This document shows, one piece after another, positions 39,134 through 49,671 of a stretch of DNA of 64,000 nt (its first letter is position 1; every line of letters begins with the position of its first letter). The position numbers were made by a program, and so were the translations under genes. The notes below the pieces were generated by a model. It worked only from the letters and a program-made list of their open reading frames with translations. It was not told the origin of the DNA and made no database searches. The stretch spans positions 35,752-99,751 of the forward strand of contig DAIDHK010000002.1 in assembly GCA_027459725.1 (NCBI GenBank), written 5' to 3'. The stretch comes from Candidatus Levyibacteriota bacterium. Its GTDB lineage: Bacteria; Patescibacteriota; Microgenomatia; Levybacterales; UBA12049.

Positions 39134-40945
39134 TTATTTAACAGTCACGCTCTTAGCTAAATTACGAGGTTTATCCGGATCTAATTTTTTGAGCAATGCC
39201 ATATGATAAGCTAGTAGTTGTATTGGAACAATTTGAGCGATTATTGAAGCTTCGCCTAGATTTTTAACTTCCAACCAATAATCAAATACACTATTATTAA
39301 AAGGACTAATACCAATGATTACTCCTCCACGTGATTTAATTTCTGTAGCATTGGAAATAATTGCGTCATACGTTTCATCATTTGGAGCAAACACAATACA
39401 TGGGCTACCTTTACTAATTAGTGCCAGTGGTCCATGTTTTAACTCGCCGCCCGACAACCCTTCTGTATGGACATAACTTACTTCCTTAATTTTCATTGCT
39501 GCTTCTAAAGCTGTGGGATAAGAGGCACCTCTGCCAATGGTGTAGATATGTATCGCATTTTTTAAAAACTTTGCAATCTTTTCAATTTCTTTTGCAAATT
39601 TAGGTTCAAGAATTCGCTCAATTTCGTGAGCTACTGTTAATAAATCCCCCTTTGCTTTATCTGTTTCTCCTATCATTGAAAAAGAGAGGGAATATAGAAC
39701 AGCCAATTTAGCCACATACGCCTTGGTAGAAGCAACAGCTTTTTCCGGACCGGCACCCAGTAACAATTTATAATCTGCCATACGATACAGAGTAGAACCT
39801 AGTACGTTTACAATTGCTACTATTTTACTTTTTTTACTCTTTGCTCTTGTCAATGGCTCTACAATATCAATTGTTTCACCTGATTGAGAAAGTGCAATAA
39901 TCAAACTTTTACTATTTAGAAAATCTTCCAAATAATTAAATTCCGAAGCGAAGGCCATATTGACATGCAGTCGTGCAATTTTCGAAAAAAGATAAGTTCC
40001 GCTTAAACAAGCATATGCTGCACTTCCTGCTCCTATAAAAAACGTACCTTTCGACTTTTTAATTATCTGGCCCAGTGTATGTATTTGTTGAGTATAATTT
40101 TCTGCAATATTGCGGATAACTTTCGGCTGTTCATAGATTTCCTTCAACATATAATGTTGGTATTTACCCAAAGATGTATCCTCTATTTTCCAATTTACTT
40201 TTGTAAAATGGGGAGTTATTTTCTTACCATCTGGTAATGTTAACAAAGTAATATTTTTGCCCAAAATAACCATCTCGTCATCTTTAATAAACAAAACTTC
40301 GTTAGTATATTTTATGATTCCCGCTGTATCTGAAGCGATCATAAACCCATCTGAACTCTTGCCAACCACCAACGGAGAACCATTTTTGGCTGCAACGATT
40401 TCTGATGAAAGAGAATATGCCACAACCACAGCATTCATTCCTTTTAATTGATTAAAAGTATCTCTAACAGAAGTCGCAAAACCTTTAGTTTTCAAATTTT
40501 CTTCAATCAAATGAGGAATAATCTCTGTATCTGTTTCTGAAGTAAATTGATGTCCTTTACGCAGTAACAATTCTTTTAATTCAACATAATTCTCGATTAT
40601 ACCATTATGTACAACAGCAATATTTTTACTACAATCTAAATGAGGGTGAGCATTTTTTTCTAAGACTCCACCATGAGTAGCCCACCGGGTATGACCGATA
40701 GACAGATTTGAGGTATATTTTAATTTTCTTGATAATATGGCATCACCAATCTTACCTACATGTTTCTCAACCTCAAATTGTGATTTATTTTCATTCTTTC
40801 TTTTGTCACTTGTCTTGCGGATAGTTTGCATTTTACTTGCAACTCCCCAGGAATCATACCCTCGATACTCCATCAGTTTTAAACCTAATAAAACTAATTC
40901 AGAAGCATTGTTTTTTCTCCCGATATAGGCAAAAATTCCGCACAT
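39134..40945 (-). CDS. glmS: Glutamine--fructose-6-phosphate aminotransferase
   Basis: MCGIF, GHTRWATHG, SQSGET, VASTK, ELKHGP, PRNLAKSVTV. Confidence 0.98.
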   Translation of the reverse strand: MCGIFAYIGRKNNASELVLLGLKLMEYRGYDSWGVASKMQTIRKTSDKRKNENKSQFEVEKHVGKIGDAILSRKLKYTSNLSIGHTRWATHGGVLEKNAHPHLDCSKNIAVVHNGIIENYVELKELLLRKGHQFTSETDTEIIPHLIEENLKTKGFATSVRDTFNQLKGMNAVVVAYSLSSEIVAAKNGSPLVVGKSSDGFMIASDTAGIIKYTNEVLFIKDDEMVILGKNITLLTLPDGKKITPHFTKVNWKIEDTSLGKYQHYMLKEIYEQPKVIRNIAENYTQQIHTLGQIIKKSKGTFFIGAGSAAYACLSGTYLFSKIARLHVNMAFASEFNYLEDFLNSKSLIIALSQSGETIDIVEPLTRAKSKKSKIVAIVNVLGSTLYRMADYKLLLGAGPEKAVASTKAYVAKLAVLYSLSFSMIGETDKAKGDLLTVAHEIERILEPKFAKEIEKIAKFLKNAIHIYTIGRGASYPTALEAAMKIKEVSYVHTEGLSGGELKHGPLALISKGSPCIVFAPNDETYDAIISNATEIKSRGGVIIGISPFNNSVFDYWLEVKNLGEASIIAQIVPIQLLAYHMALLKKLDPDKPRNLAKSVTVK

Positions 40946-40996
40946 ACTAGTTAAAGATGGGTTTCATTGTAGTTCTTTCTACCACAAAATCAAGTA

Positions 40997-42259
40997 CTAA
41001 TCTTCCATGGTGGAGGATACAATTTCTTGAAATTTAGTATAATATCTAGTTTTATCTGGAATATTAGATTTTATCATAGTATTAGGTCCCACTATCGTAT
41101 TATTTCCGATAATAGAGCCTGGTAGAGAAGATACATTTATACCAATTTTGATATTATCTCCGGCAATCACCCCCAAATTTTTAACTCCTGTGTTAAGAAC
41201 ATTTTCACCAATTTTAACAATAACTTCTTGTCGATCAAATCTTTTGTTGCCTGTGTTAAAACCAGCACCTACTCGACAATGTTGTCCAAAAACAGAGTCT
41301 CCGACAAATCCGGAATGAAAATGGGTATCTGAACTAATAATCGAATTACGTATCTCCATATTTGCACCTGCAATACAATTCTCACTTAGAATTGTACCTT
41401 CGCGTAGGATAGCATTATTTCCTACTACTGCCCTTCTCCCTATATAAACGGGCCCTTTCAAAACCGCGTTTTCCATTATTTTCGCACCTTCTTCAATTAT
41501 CACATCTCCATCTATAGTTGAATTTACTGCTATTTCTGCGGTATTAGAGATATATCTTTTTAAAGAATTAAATAAATATTTTTTTACCGAGAATATATCC
41601 CATGGGTATTTCAATGAAATACTCTCTTGATGAGTTTCAACATATGAAACAAGATTATTTTTAGCAAAATTAGAAAGTGAGGATTCAAAGTTATAATGTT
41701 CTAATTTGCTTTGTTCTAAAATTTCCAAGAATTTTAAAGGTATTAAATATATTCCTACTAATCTTAAGTTTGAAAGCTGGTCTTCTTGTCTAGGTTTTTC
41801 TATGATCTGTAGAACTCTATTATGCTCAACTTTTAAAACTCCAAACTTTGATATATCTCGTTCTTTTTTTGCTAATAGAACAGTTTGATCTTTGTGTACT
41901 TTTTCATTGATCATTACTTCTTTGAATTCCGGAAAGTCAACGTGATGAGCATGCATGACAAAAAATTCATCCTCTAAAAAATCTCTGGCTTGCAATAAAG
42001 CATCTCCCATTCCTAATGCTTGTGGTTGTTCTACTATTTTTATCTCTAACTGTAAATCCGGACATTTACTCATTAACTCTTTAAATTGTGCTGCTTTTTT
42101 AACAACAACCACCACATTTTTTATTCCGCTACGTTGTATCGACTTAAGGGTATGATAGATAATTGGTTTATCGAACAAAGGGAAAAAAGATTTATGTCCA
42201 TAATTTAAATAAGGATAAAATCTGCTTGAGTTTCCCGCTCCCAATAAAACTACTTGCAT
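40997..42259 (-). CDS. Bifunctional sugar-1-phosphate nucleotidyltransferase/acetyltransferase, archaeal GlmU-like
   Basis: LGAGNSSRF, EQPQALGMG, IIEKP, YPWD, hexapeptide left-handed beta helix, VGDSV. Confidence 0.85.
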   Translation of the reverse strand: MQVVLLGAGNSSRFYPYLNYGHKSFFPLFDKPIIYHTLKSIQRSGIKNVVVVVKKAAQFKELMSKCPDLQLEIKIVEQPQALGMGDALLQARDFLEDEFFVMHAHHVDFPEFKEVMINEKVHKDQTVLLAKKERDISKFGVLKVEHNRVLQIIEKPRQEDQLSNLRLVGIYLIPLKFLEILEQSKLEHYNFESSLSNFAKNNLVSYVETHQESISLKYPWDIFSVKKYLFNSLKRYISNTAEIAVNSTIDGDVIIEEGAKIMENAVLKGPVYIGRRAVVGNNAILREGTILSENCIAGANMEIRNSIISSDTHFHSGFVGDSVFGQHCRVGAGFNTGNKRFDRQEVIVKIGENVLNTGVKNLGVIAGDNIKIGINVSSLPGSIIGNNTIVGPNTMIKSNIPDKTRYYTKFQEIVSSTMED

Positions 42260-42269
42260 ATCATTAAAA

Positions 42270-43040
42270 TTATTTTTGATTATATACTTTTTGTGCCATT
42301 TCTAAATCAGCGAATGTATTGATACCAAACCAGGGCAGTTTTCCTGCACGCAAAATACCAACCTTAAAATTGCTTTTGAAAGCTATCTCGATTAAATCTG
42401 TCAAGTAGTACTCTTGGGACACCGAATTAACTTGTATAACTGGCAAATATTTCTGCAAGAATTGTTTATTAAAAATATATAGACCAGAATTAATTTCTTT
42501 TATTTTCTTCTGTTCTTCGGTTGCATTCTTCTCTTCCACAACTCCAATAATTTTGTTTTTTTTCCTCAAAATACGTCCTAATCCCTTAGGATTTTCTACT
42601 AAAAAACTAACTAGGGTTAATACATTTTTTTCTTTATGATGCTGATTTATGAATTCTTTTAGCAAGGTTAATGGATACATAGATGCATCATCACCATAAA
42701 TAACTATGACATCAGAAATGCCTTTAGAGACTTTCTCAAACCCTAGTTGCGTGGCATGACCAGTACCCAACTGTTGTTCCTGATCAGCAAAGATAACTTG
42801 AGTACCTTGTAAAGACGTAATCACTGAATCTCTAGCATAGCCAACGACTACAATAATAGATCCTAGGTACAAATTTTCAAACATCTTTACAATTCGTAAT
42901 ATAAGAGGCTGATCGTTTAAATAATGGGTCACCTTATTTTTATTTTCTGAATGCATTCTGGTACCTTTACCAGCTGCTAAAACAACAGCAGCAATATTTG
43001 AATAATTTTCCATCCTATTATATAAATTTAAAACGATCAT
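42270..43040 (-). CDS. GlmU N-terminal-type nucleotidyltransferase (no acetyltransferase domain)
   Basis: LAAGKGTRM, QEQQLGTGHA, YGD, GRI, EINSGLY, EYYLTD, GINT. Confidence 0.88.
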   Translation of the reverse strand: MIVLNLYNRMENYSNIAAVVLAAGKGTRMHSENKNKVTHYLNDQPLILRIVKMFENLYLGSIIVVVGYARDSVITSLQGTQVIFADQEQQLGTGHATQLGFEKVSKGISDVIVIYGDDASMYPLTLLKEFINQHHKEKNVLTLVSFLVENPKGLGRILRKKNKIIGVVEEKNATEEQKKIKEINSGLYIFNKQFLQKYLPVIQVNSVSQEYYLTDLIEIAFKSNFKVGILRAGKLPWFGINTFADLEMAQKVYNQK

Positions 43041-44377
43041 TCATCTTGCTCTTTTTTAATATTTGCCCCAAGCTTCTTTAACCGTTCGTCAAAATCTTCA
43101 TACCCCCGTCTAATAGTGTGCACACCATGAACTACGCTTTCACCATTAGCGATCAATGCAGCAACAACTAATGATGCTCCTGCTCGTAAATCAGAAACAC
43201 CAACTACACCATCATGTAATTTAGCAGGACCATAAATTCTTGCCGCATGGAAAAATTCGGGTCGATCATCATCAAAATTGAAATTATAAAACGCTTTTTT
43301 ATCTCTCACTTCAGGATTAAATAATTCAATTTTGGCACCCATTTTTTTTAACTGTGTAACATAACTGAAGCGATCTTCAAAAACGGTTTCGTGAATTACT
43401 GATTCACCTTCGGCTTGAGTCATTAAAACTGCCCATGGTGCTTGCCAATCGGTCATAAACCCTGGATAAGGTTGTGTCGTGACATCAACTGGTTTTAAAG
43501 GACCTTTATAGAAATACCTAATTCCATTTTCTTTTATTTCCAAACCTCCACCCGCTTGCGCTAATGCCTCATTAAACTCTTTAAGCCCGATTTCACTAAC
43601 TCCTTCAATAAAAACATCTCCTTTTGATGCCACAGCTGCAATAGCAAAAGTTACTACTTCATTTCTATCAGGAGCAATAGTAAATTCAGTACCATGCAAA
43701 CTCTCTACACCCTCAACTTCAATTTCTCGTATAGTATTCCTCTTTATTTTGGCACCCATTTTATTCAACAAATCAATTAACTCGTCAATCTCAGGCTCAG
43801 CCGCTGCATTATGCAAAAATGTTTTTCCCTTTGCTAAGGTAGCGGCAATCAACAAAGTTTCAGTACCAGTATGAGTATTTTTATTAAATCTATACGCACA
43901 TCCCCGCAGACCTCTTGTTTCGGCATGGAAGTATCCATCTTCGCTTTCATAATTAACTGTTGCTCCCAATTTAATTAATCCTTCAACTGTTCTATCAATA
44001 GGTCGCGCTCCTAGTCGACAACCTCCTGGATTTGGAATCACGGCATGATGTAAACGTGCTAACAATGGAGAGAGAAACATAGACGATGTACGTATATGTG
44101 CAGCTTGATCTAGAGTTATTTTATCCTTGATAAACTCTTTAACTTGAATTGTGGCAGTATGATCCTGCAAATCAACTGTTCCCCCCAATTCTTTGATAAT
44201 TTCTGCCATCACAAAGAAATCAGAAATCAATGGGACATTATGTATAATGACTGGCTCCGGCGTTAAACAAGCCGCAACAATAGCCTTTAAAGCCACATTT
44301 TTAGCTCCAGAAGGACGGACTGATCCTTTCAGAGCATTACCGCCGATAATAATATATTTTTGATTTCTGTTTTCCAT
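43037..44377 (-). CDS. murA: UDP-N-acetylglucosamine 1-carboxyvinyltransferase
   Basis: SGAKN, PGGCRLGARPID, NAAAEPEI, PYPGFMTD, DLRAGA. Confidence 0.97.
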   Translation of the reverse strand: MENRNQKYIIIGGNALKGSVRPSGAKNVALKAIVAACLTPEPVIIHNVPLISDFFVMAEIIKELGGTVDLQDHTATIQVKEFIKDKITLDQAAHIRTSSMFLSPLLARLHHAVIPNPGGCRLGARPIDRTVEGLIKLGATVNYESEDGYFHAETRGLRGCAYRFNKNTHTGTETLLIAATLAKGKTFLHNAAAEPEIDELIDLLNKMGAKIKRNTIREIEVEGVESLHGTEFTIAPDRNEVVTFAIAAVASKGDVFIEGVSEIGLKEFNEALAQAGGGLEIKENGIRYFYKGPLKPVDVTTQPYPGFMTDWQAPWAVLMTQAEGESVIHETVFEDRFSYVTQLKKMGAKIELFNPEVRDKKAFYNFNFDDDRPEFFHAARIYGPAKLHDGVVGVSDLRAGASLVVAALIANGESVVHGVHTIRRGYEDFDERLKKLGANIKKEQDE

Positions 44378-44441
44378 AAGTAAACAAACCCTAAAATACG
44401 AAATGTAAGGTTATTTTCTTATTCCTTCTACCTGGTATCGC

Positions 44442-45854
44442 TTAAGATATATCATCAATAATCTTATACACATCTCCCGCTCCAATAGTCACGATCAGAG
44501 TTTTAGGGGGATAAGAATGATTGTTAATGTATTTTACCACATCTACCAAATTTGCCTCATATTTTACTTTTTTACTTTTTGCTTCTATCGCTTCCGCCAA
44601 CATCAGAGAAGAAACACTAAAATCTGACTGCTCACGGGCCGAGGCAAAAATGTCCGTCAAAATAATTTCATCGGCTTCAGAAAAAGATTTTGAAAAATCA
44701 TCAAAAAAAGCCTTAGTACGCGAAGCTGTATGAGGTTGAAAAATGCAAACCAAATAATATCCAGGGAACATACTCCTTAGTGTCTTAAGACTAGCTTTTA
44801 TTTCCGTCGGATGATGACCATAATCATCATATAAGACATAACCTCTTCTACTATCTCCTCTATATTCCAATCTTCGTTTACTACCGCGGAAAATCTGCAT
44901 ATACATCTTAATATCGTCTATAGATATTCCCGCATTAATGCCAACAATTATTGCTGCTGCTGAATTCAATATATTATGCTCACCAGAGACATGCAGTATA
45001 AATTTATCCAAATCCTCACTTTTCCGTGCCAATGTAAATGTAGTTTCATGGGTTTTTACTTGTACATTTTTGATTTGATATTCATTTCGTTCGGAAAAAC
45101 CAAAACTTATTACTTGCGCGGGAGAATTCCCGCTTAGATCTAATAAATTTTTATCATCACCATTAATTATTAATAAACCAGTAGGATCTAGCTGCTGAAT
45201 AAAATTGGCGAATGCTTTTTTGACACTTTCGAGATCGGGATAGACATCAGGATGATCGTGTTCTAGATTTGTCATTACCAAAACTCTAGGATGCTGCCAG
45301 AGAAATTTAATTGTCCTGTCATACTTTGACTCAGTTACGTATTCATCTGCTTCTGCCACAAAGTAATCACCCTTACCCAGATGCCCTGCATATCCTAATG
45401 AGGGAATACTCGCCGTACCCACGACATAACTCGGATCTTTCCCTGCCGTAGTAAGTAAAGACGCTATCATTGCGCTAGTCGTAGTTTTGCCGTGTGTACC
45501 TGTAATTGAGATGCCGATAAACTTGCGATCCAAAATCTCACCTTGCATAAATTCGCCCACTGCTTGCGCCTGAGAAATAACTTGAATCCCTCGTTTCTTA
45601 GCAGCCACAACCTCAACATTGTCATAGCCTCCGTGTGCATTTGTTGTAATAACTAAATCAGGTTGACCAATATGATCAGCTGAAAATCCTTCAAAAACTT
45701 TAATATCATTTTTTGCCAACACAGAATCTGTAATAAAAACCTGAGGTATATCCGAACCTGTAACGTTAATTCCGGCTTGTTTAGCAATTATCGCTAGCGG
45801 TGTCATACCCACCCCCTTGATTCCTACGAAATGAATTGATTTAATTTTTTGCAT
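44442..45854 (-). CDS. murC: UDP-N-acetylmuramate--L-alanine ligase
   Basis: HFVGIKGVGM, GTHGKTTT, EADEY, DDYGHHPTEI, FQPH, GAGD. Confidence 0.96.
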   Translation of the reverse strand: MQKIKSIHFVGIKGVGMTPLAIIAKQAGINVTGSDIPQVFITDSVLAKNDIKVFEGFSADHIGQPDLVITTNAHGGYDNVEVVAAKKRGIQVISQAQAVGEFMQGEILDRKFIGISITGTHGKTTTSAMIASLLTTAGKDPSYVVGTASIPSLGYAGHLGKGDYFVAEADEYVTESKYDRTIKFLWQHPRVLVMTNLEHDHPDVYPDLESVKKAFANFIQQLDPTGLLIINGDDKNLLDLSGNSPAQVISFGFSERNEYQIKNVQVKTHETTFTLARKSEDLDKFILHVSGEHNILNSAAAIIVGINAGISIDDIKMYMQIFRGSKRRLEYRGDSRRGYVLYDDYGHHPTEIKASLKTLRSMFPGYYLVCIFQPHTASRTKAFFDDFSKSFSEADEIILTDIFASAREQSDFSVSSLMLAEAIEAKSKKVKYEANLVDVVKYINNHSYPPKTLIVTIGAGDVYKIIDDIS

Positions 45855-45883
45855 ATTTAATTTATGAATAAAAGCAAAAATTT

Positions 45884-46621
45884 TTATATACCCACTACAG
45901 TTGCAAAAACCTCACCTGTATCTTTTCTATCTCTGGCTCGAAAAGAAAAGAACTCATCTGCATGATCCTGTGTACACATCATAGCATCAAAAATATTCAC
46001 TTCCAGCAAACCAGCTGCAATCAATTGCCATTTTACCAGACTTTGTAAGCTCAAAAAAGGTTTATTATCTTCATAAGTTAAATAACCAATCGATTCTGAA
46101 TATTTGTTTTTAAATCTCATTGCCCGATCTTTTTTAATCGAGTAACAACATTCACGGATAGAAGGCCCAATTGCTGATACAATATCAACAGGGTCACTAC
46201 CCAAACTAATCATTTTATCTACTGTGTGCTTAACAATATTGGTGTATACTCCTTTGTATCCTGCATGTATTGCAGCAATAGTTTTAATTTTGTAATCGAA
46301 TAAAATTATAGGTAAACAGTCAGCAGTTTTTATAATTAAAAAAAGACCTTTCTCTTTTGTCAGCAAACCATCTGTTTCATTTTTTATAGAATTCTTATCC
46401 GATAACTTCACGAACTCTAAATTCGTTCCATGCACTTGATTCATGCCAACCACTCCTTGATAATCGGAGTCTACTAGTGAGGTAAAACTTTTTATTTTAC
46501 TTAAACTATCTCCCGATCCAAACTGCATGTCTTTCAACTCAACAGTTGAAAATCCATGTCGTAATCCCAAGTCATTAAGTTCTGATATCTGGTAAAACCC
46601 CCGTTTATTTTTTCTTAACAT
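45884..46621 (-). CDS. pgeF: PgeF/YfiH peptidoglycan editing factor (laccase-domain protein)
   Basis: QVHG, DGL, TADCLPI, HAGYKG, GPSI..CCY, FFSFR. Confidence 0.92.
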   Translation of the reverse strand: MLRKNKRGFYQISELNDLGLRHGFSTVELKDMQFGSGDSLSKIKSFTSLVDSDYQGVVGMNQVHGTNLEFVKLSDKNSIKNETDGLLTKEKGLFLIIKTADCLPIILFDYKIKTIAAIHAGYKGVYTNIVKHTVDKMISLGSDPVDIVSAIGPSIRECCYSIKKDRAMRFKNKYSESIGYLTYEDNKPFLSLQSLVKWQLIAAGLLEVNIFDAMMCTQDHADEFFSFRARDRKDTGEVFATVVGI

Positions 46622-47828
46622 TCTTCCTCTTTTCCATCGCCTTTTCTACTGCCTCGTGGTCATCCCAATGAATTTCACCATAACCGAAATTCATAGAATT
46701 TTCATGACCTTTGCCAGTAATTACAACTATGTCACCTTTCTTCGCCAGGCTTATAGCTTTATCTATTGCTTCCTGTCTATCAGGTATTTCCAACAAATGT
46801 CCATCTTTAAATTTTTTATCAGTAATTCCAACCTTAATTTGATAATTTATTTCTTCTACTTTTTCACTACGAGGATCTTCTGAAGTGATAATAATAATAT
46901 CAGAATATTTACTGCTAGCTTCCCCCATTAATGGTCTTTTAGTGTGATCCCGAAGGCCTGCCGCACCAAAAACGTGTATAATTCTCCCTACACTATGCAT
47001 ATCTTCTTTAACGGATGACAATATTTGTTTTATTGCATTAGGAGTATGCGCAAAATCGATCATCACAGCGAAATCTTCATTATAGACAATTTCTTCCCGA
47101 CCAACCGGTGCACTAAAATCTAACAATGCGTTACGCACTTGGTCAGAATCAATTCCCAACTGCAAACAAACCGATATCGCTGCAAGGCAGTTATAAATGT
47201 TAAATTCGCCTATTAAATGATTTTTAAAAGGGAAAACTCTCGGATTTACATCGGATTTTGAATCTAGACCGTATGTGACAACTTTCAATCTTTTTTTTGT
47301 TTTAAGCCTTTCTATTTTAGAATTTATTTTTACGAAAGACTGATCATCTCGATTGATAACCGCAATCCGCGAATTCTGTAATAATTTAAATTTAGCTGAG
47401 ACATAGTTATCATAAGTTTTATGATAATCCATATGTTCATGAGTAATATTTGTAATTACACCAATTTTGAAAGGAATTCCAAAAACCCTATGCTGATCGA
47501 GACCATGTGAAGTTACTTCTAAAACGATATATTCAGATTTTGCTTTTACTGCTAATTTTATATATCGAAGTAAAGCCAAGGAATCTGGATTAGTAACATG
47601 AAATCCAGTATCATATGATTTCCCATCAATAACAGCTGCAACAGTAGAAACTAAAGAAACTTTCTTACCTGCTTGGCGTAAAATATGATAAATCATATTA
47701 GAAGTTGTAGTCTTACCATCTGTTCCTGTTATCCCTATAAATGTTACTCCTCGGGCAGGAAAACCATTTGCTACATGTGCTGAGATAGCTTGACCTAAAT
47801 GATAAACATTTTTTGCTCGTTGCCACAT
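46605..47828 (-). CDS. murE: MurE-type UDP-MurNAc-dipeptide ligase
   Basis: GITGTDGKTTT, EVTSHGLDQ, TNITHEHMDYH, DFAHTP, EDPRSE, GKGHE. Confidence 0.9.
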   Translation of the reverse strand: MWQRAKNVYHLGQAISAHVANGFPARGVTFIGITGTDGKTTTSNMIYHILRQAGKKVSLVSTVAAVIDGKSYDTGFHVTNPDSLALLRYIKLAVKAKSEYIVLEVTSHGLDQHRVFGIPFKIGVITNITHEHMDYHKTYDNYVSAKFKLLQNSRIAVINRDDQSFVKINSKIERLKTKKRLKVVTYGLDSKSDVNPRVFPFKNHLIGEFNIYNCLAAISVCLQLGIDSDQVRNALLDFSAPVGREEIVYNEDFAVMIDFAHTPNAIKQILSSVKEDMHSVGRIIHVFGAAGLRDHTKRPLMGEASSKYSDIIIITSEDPRSEKVEEINYQIKVGITDKKFKDGHLLEIPDRQEAIDKAISLAKKGDIVVITGKGHENSMNFGYGEIHWDDHEAVEKAMEKRKNVKKK

Positions 47829-47898
47829 AATTAATATTATATCGCTTTAAACACTTATATTATATACAAAATTAAATTAAAAGTGGTTTACGCATCAA

Positions 47899-48477
47899 TT
47901 ATTGTGCAATCTGGTGGATAAGTATCAAAAATTGATGGTAGTGAGTATAAAAAATATATCCACAGACTATCATTAGTATAGGAAAAACTACTAAGCGTTC
48001 AACCCAACTTCCCGTTTGTACACGAAAATCTTTATAAGGAGGAAAACCAAACCGATATGGAAGTGGTAACAGCCATGGCACACCTTCTCTAGTAATCGTG
48101 TCCATAACTAAATGTGAAAAATAGCCAATAATAAAGGCCCACCAAATAATATTCATATTTAAGTGCGGAAAGCTGGGAGTAAGTAGTATCAAAATATAGT
48201 GAAAACCAAATCCAAATATAGCAGCACCAATTAACGAATGTGAAAGAAAACGATGACCACCCAATAATTTATCAAATACACGCCCGAATAATCCTCCAAT
48301 TGGTAAGTTCTTCCAGAGTGGCGCTGTGGGTTGATCGATGTCGGGAGCAATGCCTCCTACTAAATTGGCAGTAATAGCCACTAATCCCGTAGCCAAAGAA
48401 ACAGAGTGAACAGGATGTGTAACTATAATATAAGACAGTGTTGTGAATGCTGCTAAATCATGTGTTCGTCCTGTCAT
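47899..48477 (-). CDS. YdjM-family inner-membrane metal-dependent hydrolase
   Basis: MTGRTH, PDID, HRFLSHS, SHLVMD..T.EGVP. Confidence 0.85.
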   Translation of the reverse strand: MTGRTHDLAAFTTLSYIIVTHPVHSVSLATGLVAITANLVGGIAPDIDQPTAPLWKNLPIGGLFGRVFDKLLGGHRFLSHSLIGAAIFGFGFHYILILLTPSFPHLNMNIIWWAFIIGYFSHLVMDTITREGVPWLLPLPYRFGFPPYKDFRVQTGSWVERLVVFPILMIVCGYIFYTHYHQFLILIHQIAQ

Positions 48478-48551
48478 ATTGCAATTATAAATTAAGTATA
48501 GTGTATTATATTAAAAGAGTAAATCAAAGTTAATTATTCTAAAATATCCGA

Positions 48552-48866
48552 ATGAAAACCATCACGATTACCAATGTCACAACTGCTATTAACTTAAAAG
48601 ATAAGATAATTGGTCTTCTAAATACCGCAGAAGCAAAACCTATTTTTTTTCAAACCCGCTGGGGAATTCATACTTTTGGAATGAAATATCCAATTGACGT
48701 TTTAATTCTGGATGACCAATATATTATTAAAGATTTAAGACAAAACCTTAAACCCTGGAGGTTGTTTACTTGGAATCCTATTTACCAATACGTAATCGAA
48801 CTGCCTTCAGGTATGATTAAAAATAAATCTTATACTAAAAATTGTAAAGTAATTCTTAAATTTTAA
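48552..48866 (+). CDS. DUF192 family protein
   Basis: GIHTFGMKYPIDVLILD, VIELPSG. Confidence 0.85.
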   Translation: MKTITITNVTTAINLKDKIIGLLNTAEAKPIFFQTRWGIHTFGMKYPIDVLILDDQYIIKDLRQNLKPWRLFTWNPIYQYVIELPSGMIKNKSYTKNCKVILKF

Positions 48867-49075
48867 TCATCTTCTGCCAGTCTTGAGGCATGTCTCCATT
48901 CCTCAGAAGATTTTATATTATGTGTCTTTATCGCTTTCATTAAATCTCTTCCATAAACAACAGTCTTATCTGAAAGTCTGGTATCCTGTGGGTACAGTCT
49001 ATATTTGAATCGCAAAAATTCCCAATAGCGCTTTTGACAATTATGACATCCACAACCAATTGCATGCTTAAGCAA
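48863..49075 (-). CDS. Small hypothetical protein (frame open further upstream to about 49219 without an ATG)
   Basis: HAIGCGCHNC Cys/His cluster. Confidence 0.35.
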   Translation of the reverse strand: MLKHAIGCGCHNCQKRYWEFLRFKYRLYPQDTRLSDKTVVYGRDLMKAIKTHNIKSSEEWRHASRLAEDD

Positions 49076-49281
49076 CGAGTTACCCTCTTTTACAACAAAT
49101 TTATCAACAGCAGATCCTGCTTGTCCAGGTAAGGATTCCGAATATCCAGAACGAATATATCTATCAGGATTCTCATCGGGTGCATGCGGAATATATGTAA
49201 ATTCTAATCTTCTTATTAGCGTAAGATATCACTGTTTATACTCAATTTCAACTAGAATTAAAAAATGCTATAATGCAAAAT

Positions 49282-49617
49282 ATGATGAAACCTATTATTA
49301 CTTTAGAAGATTTTGCAAAACTTGACTTGAGAGTTGGTAAAGTGTTAAAAGTCGAAGAAAAAGAAGGATCAGAAAAATTACTTAGACTTACAGTAGATTT
49401 TGGTGAAGAAGGAAGAAGAAATATTCTTTCAGGAATTAAACAATGGTACAAAGCCGAAGAGTTAGAAAATAAACAATTTATTTTTGCTTTTAATCTGGAG
49501 CCACGCAAAATGATGGGTGAAGAATCAGAAGGTATGATTTTGGCTGCTGAAGGAGAGGAAAAACCTCTACCACTGCAACCCCTCAAAGAGACCAAACTTG
49601 GTGCAACCATTAGGTAA
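49282..49617 (+). CDS. Stand-alone tRNA-binding OB-fold protein (Trbp111/CsaA/MetG C-terminal-like)
   Basis: DFAKLDLRVG, EKLLRL.VDFG, NLEPRKMMGEESEGMILAA. Confidence 0.9.
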   Translation: MMKPIITLEDFAKLDLRVGKVLKVEEKEGSEKLLRLTVDFGEEGRRNILSGIKQWYKAEELENKQFIFAFNLEPRKMMGEESEGMILAAEGEEKPLPLQPLKETKLGATIR

Positions 49618-49671
49618 TAACATATAGTTATTTTAAATTTATTTTAAGTTCCTATACCCCGGATAAATAGT

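Noticed and set aside
49248-49610. 120-aa minus-strand ORF
   Set aside because: It is antisense to the clearly recognisable tRNA-binding protein gene
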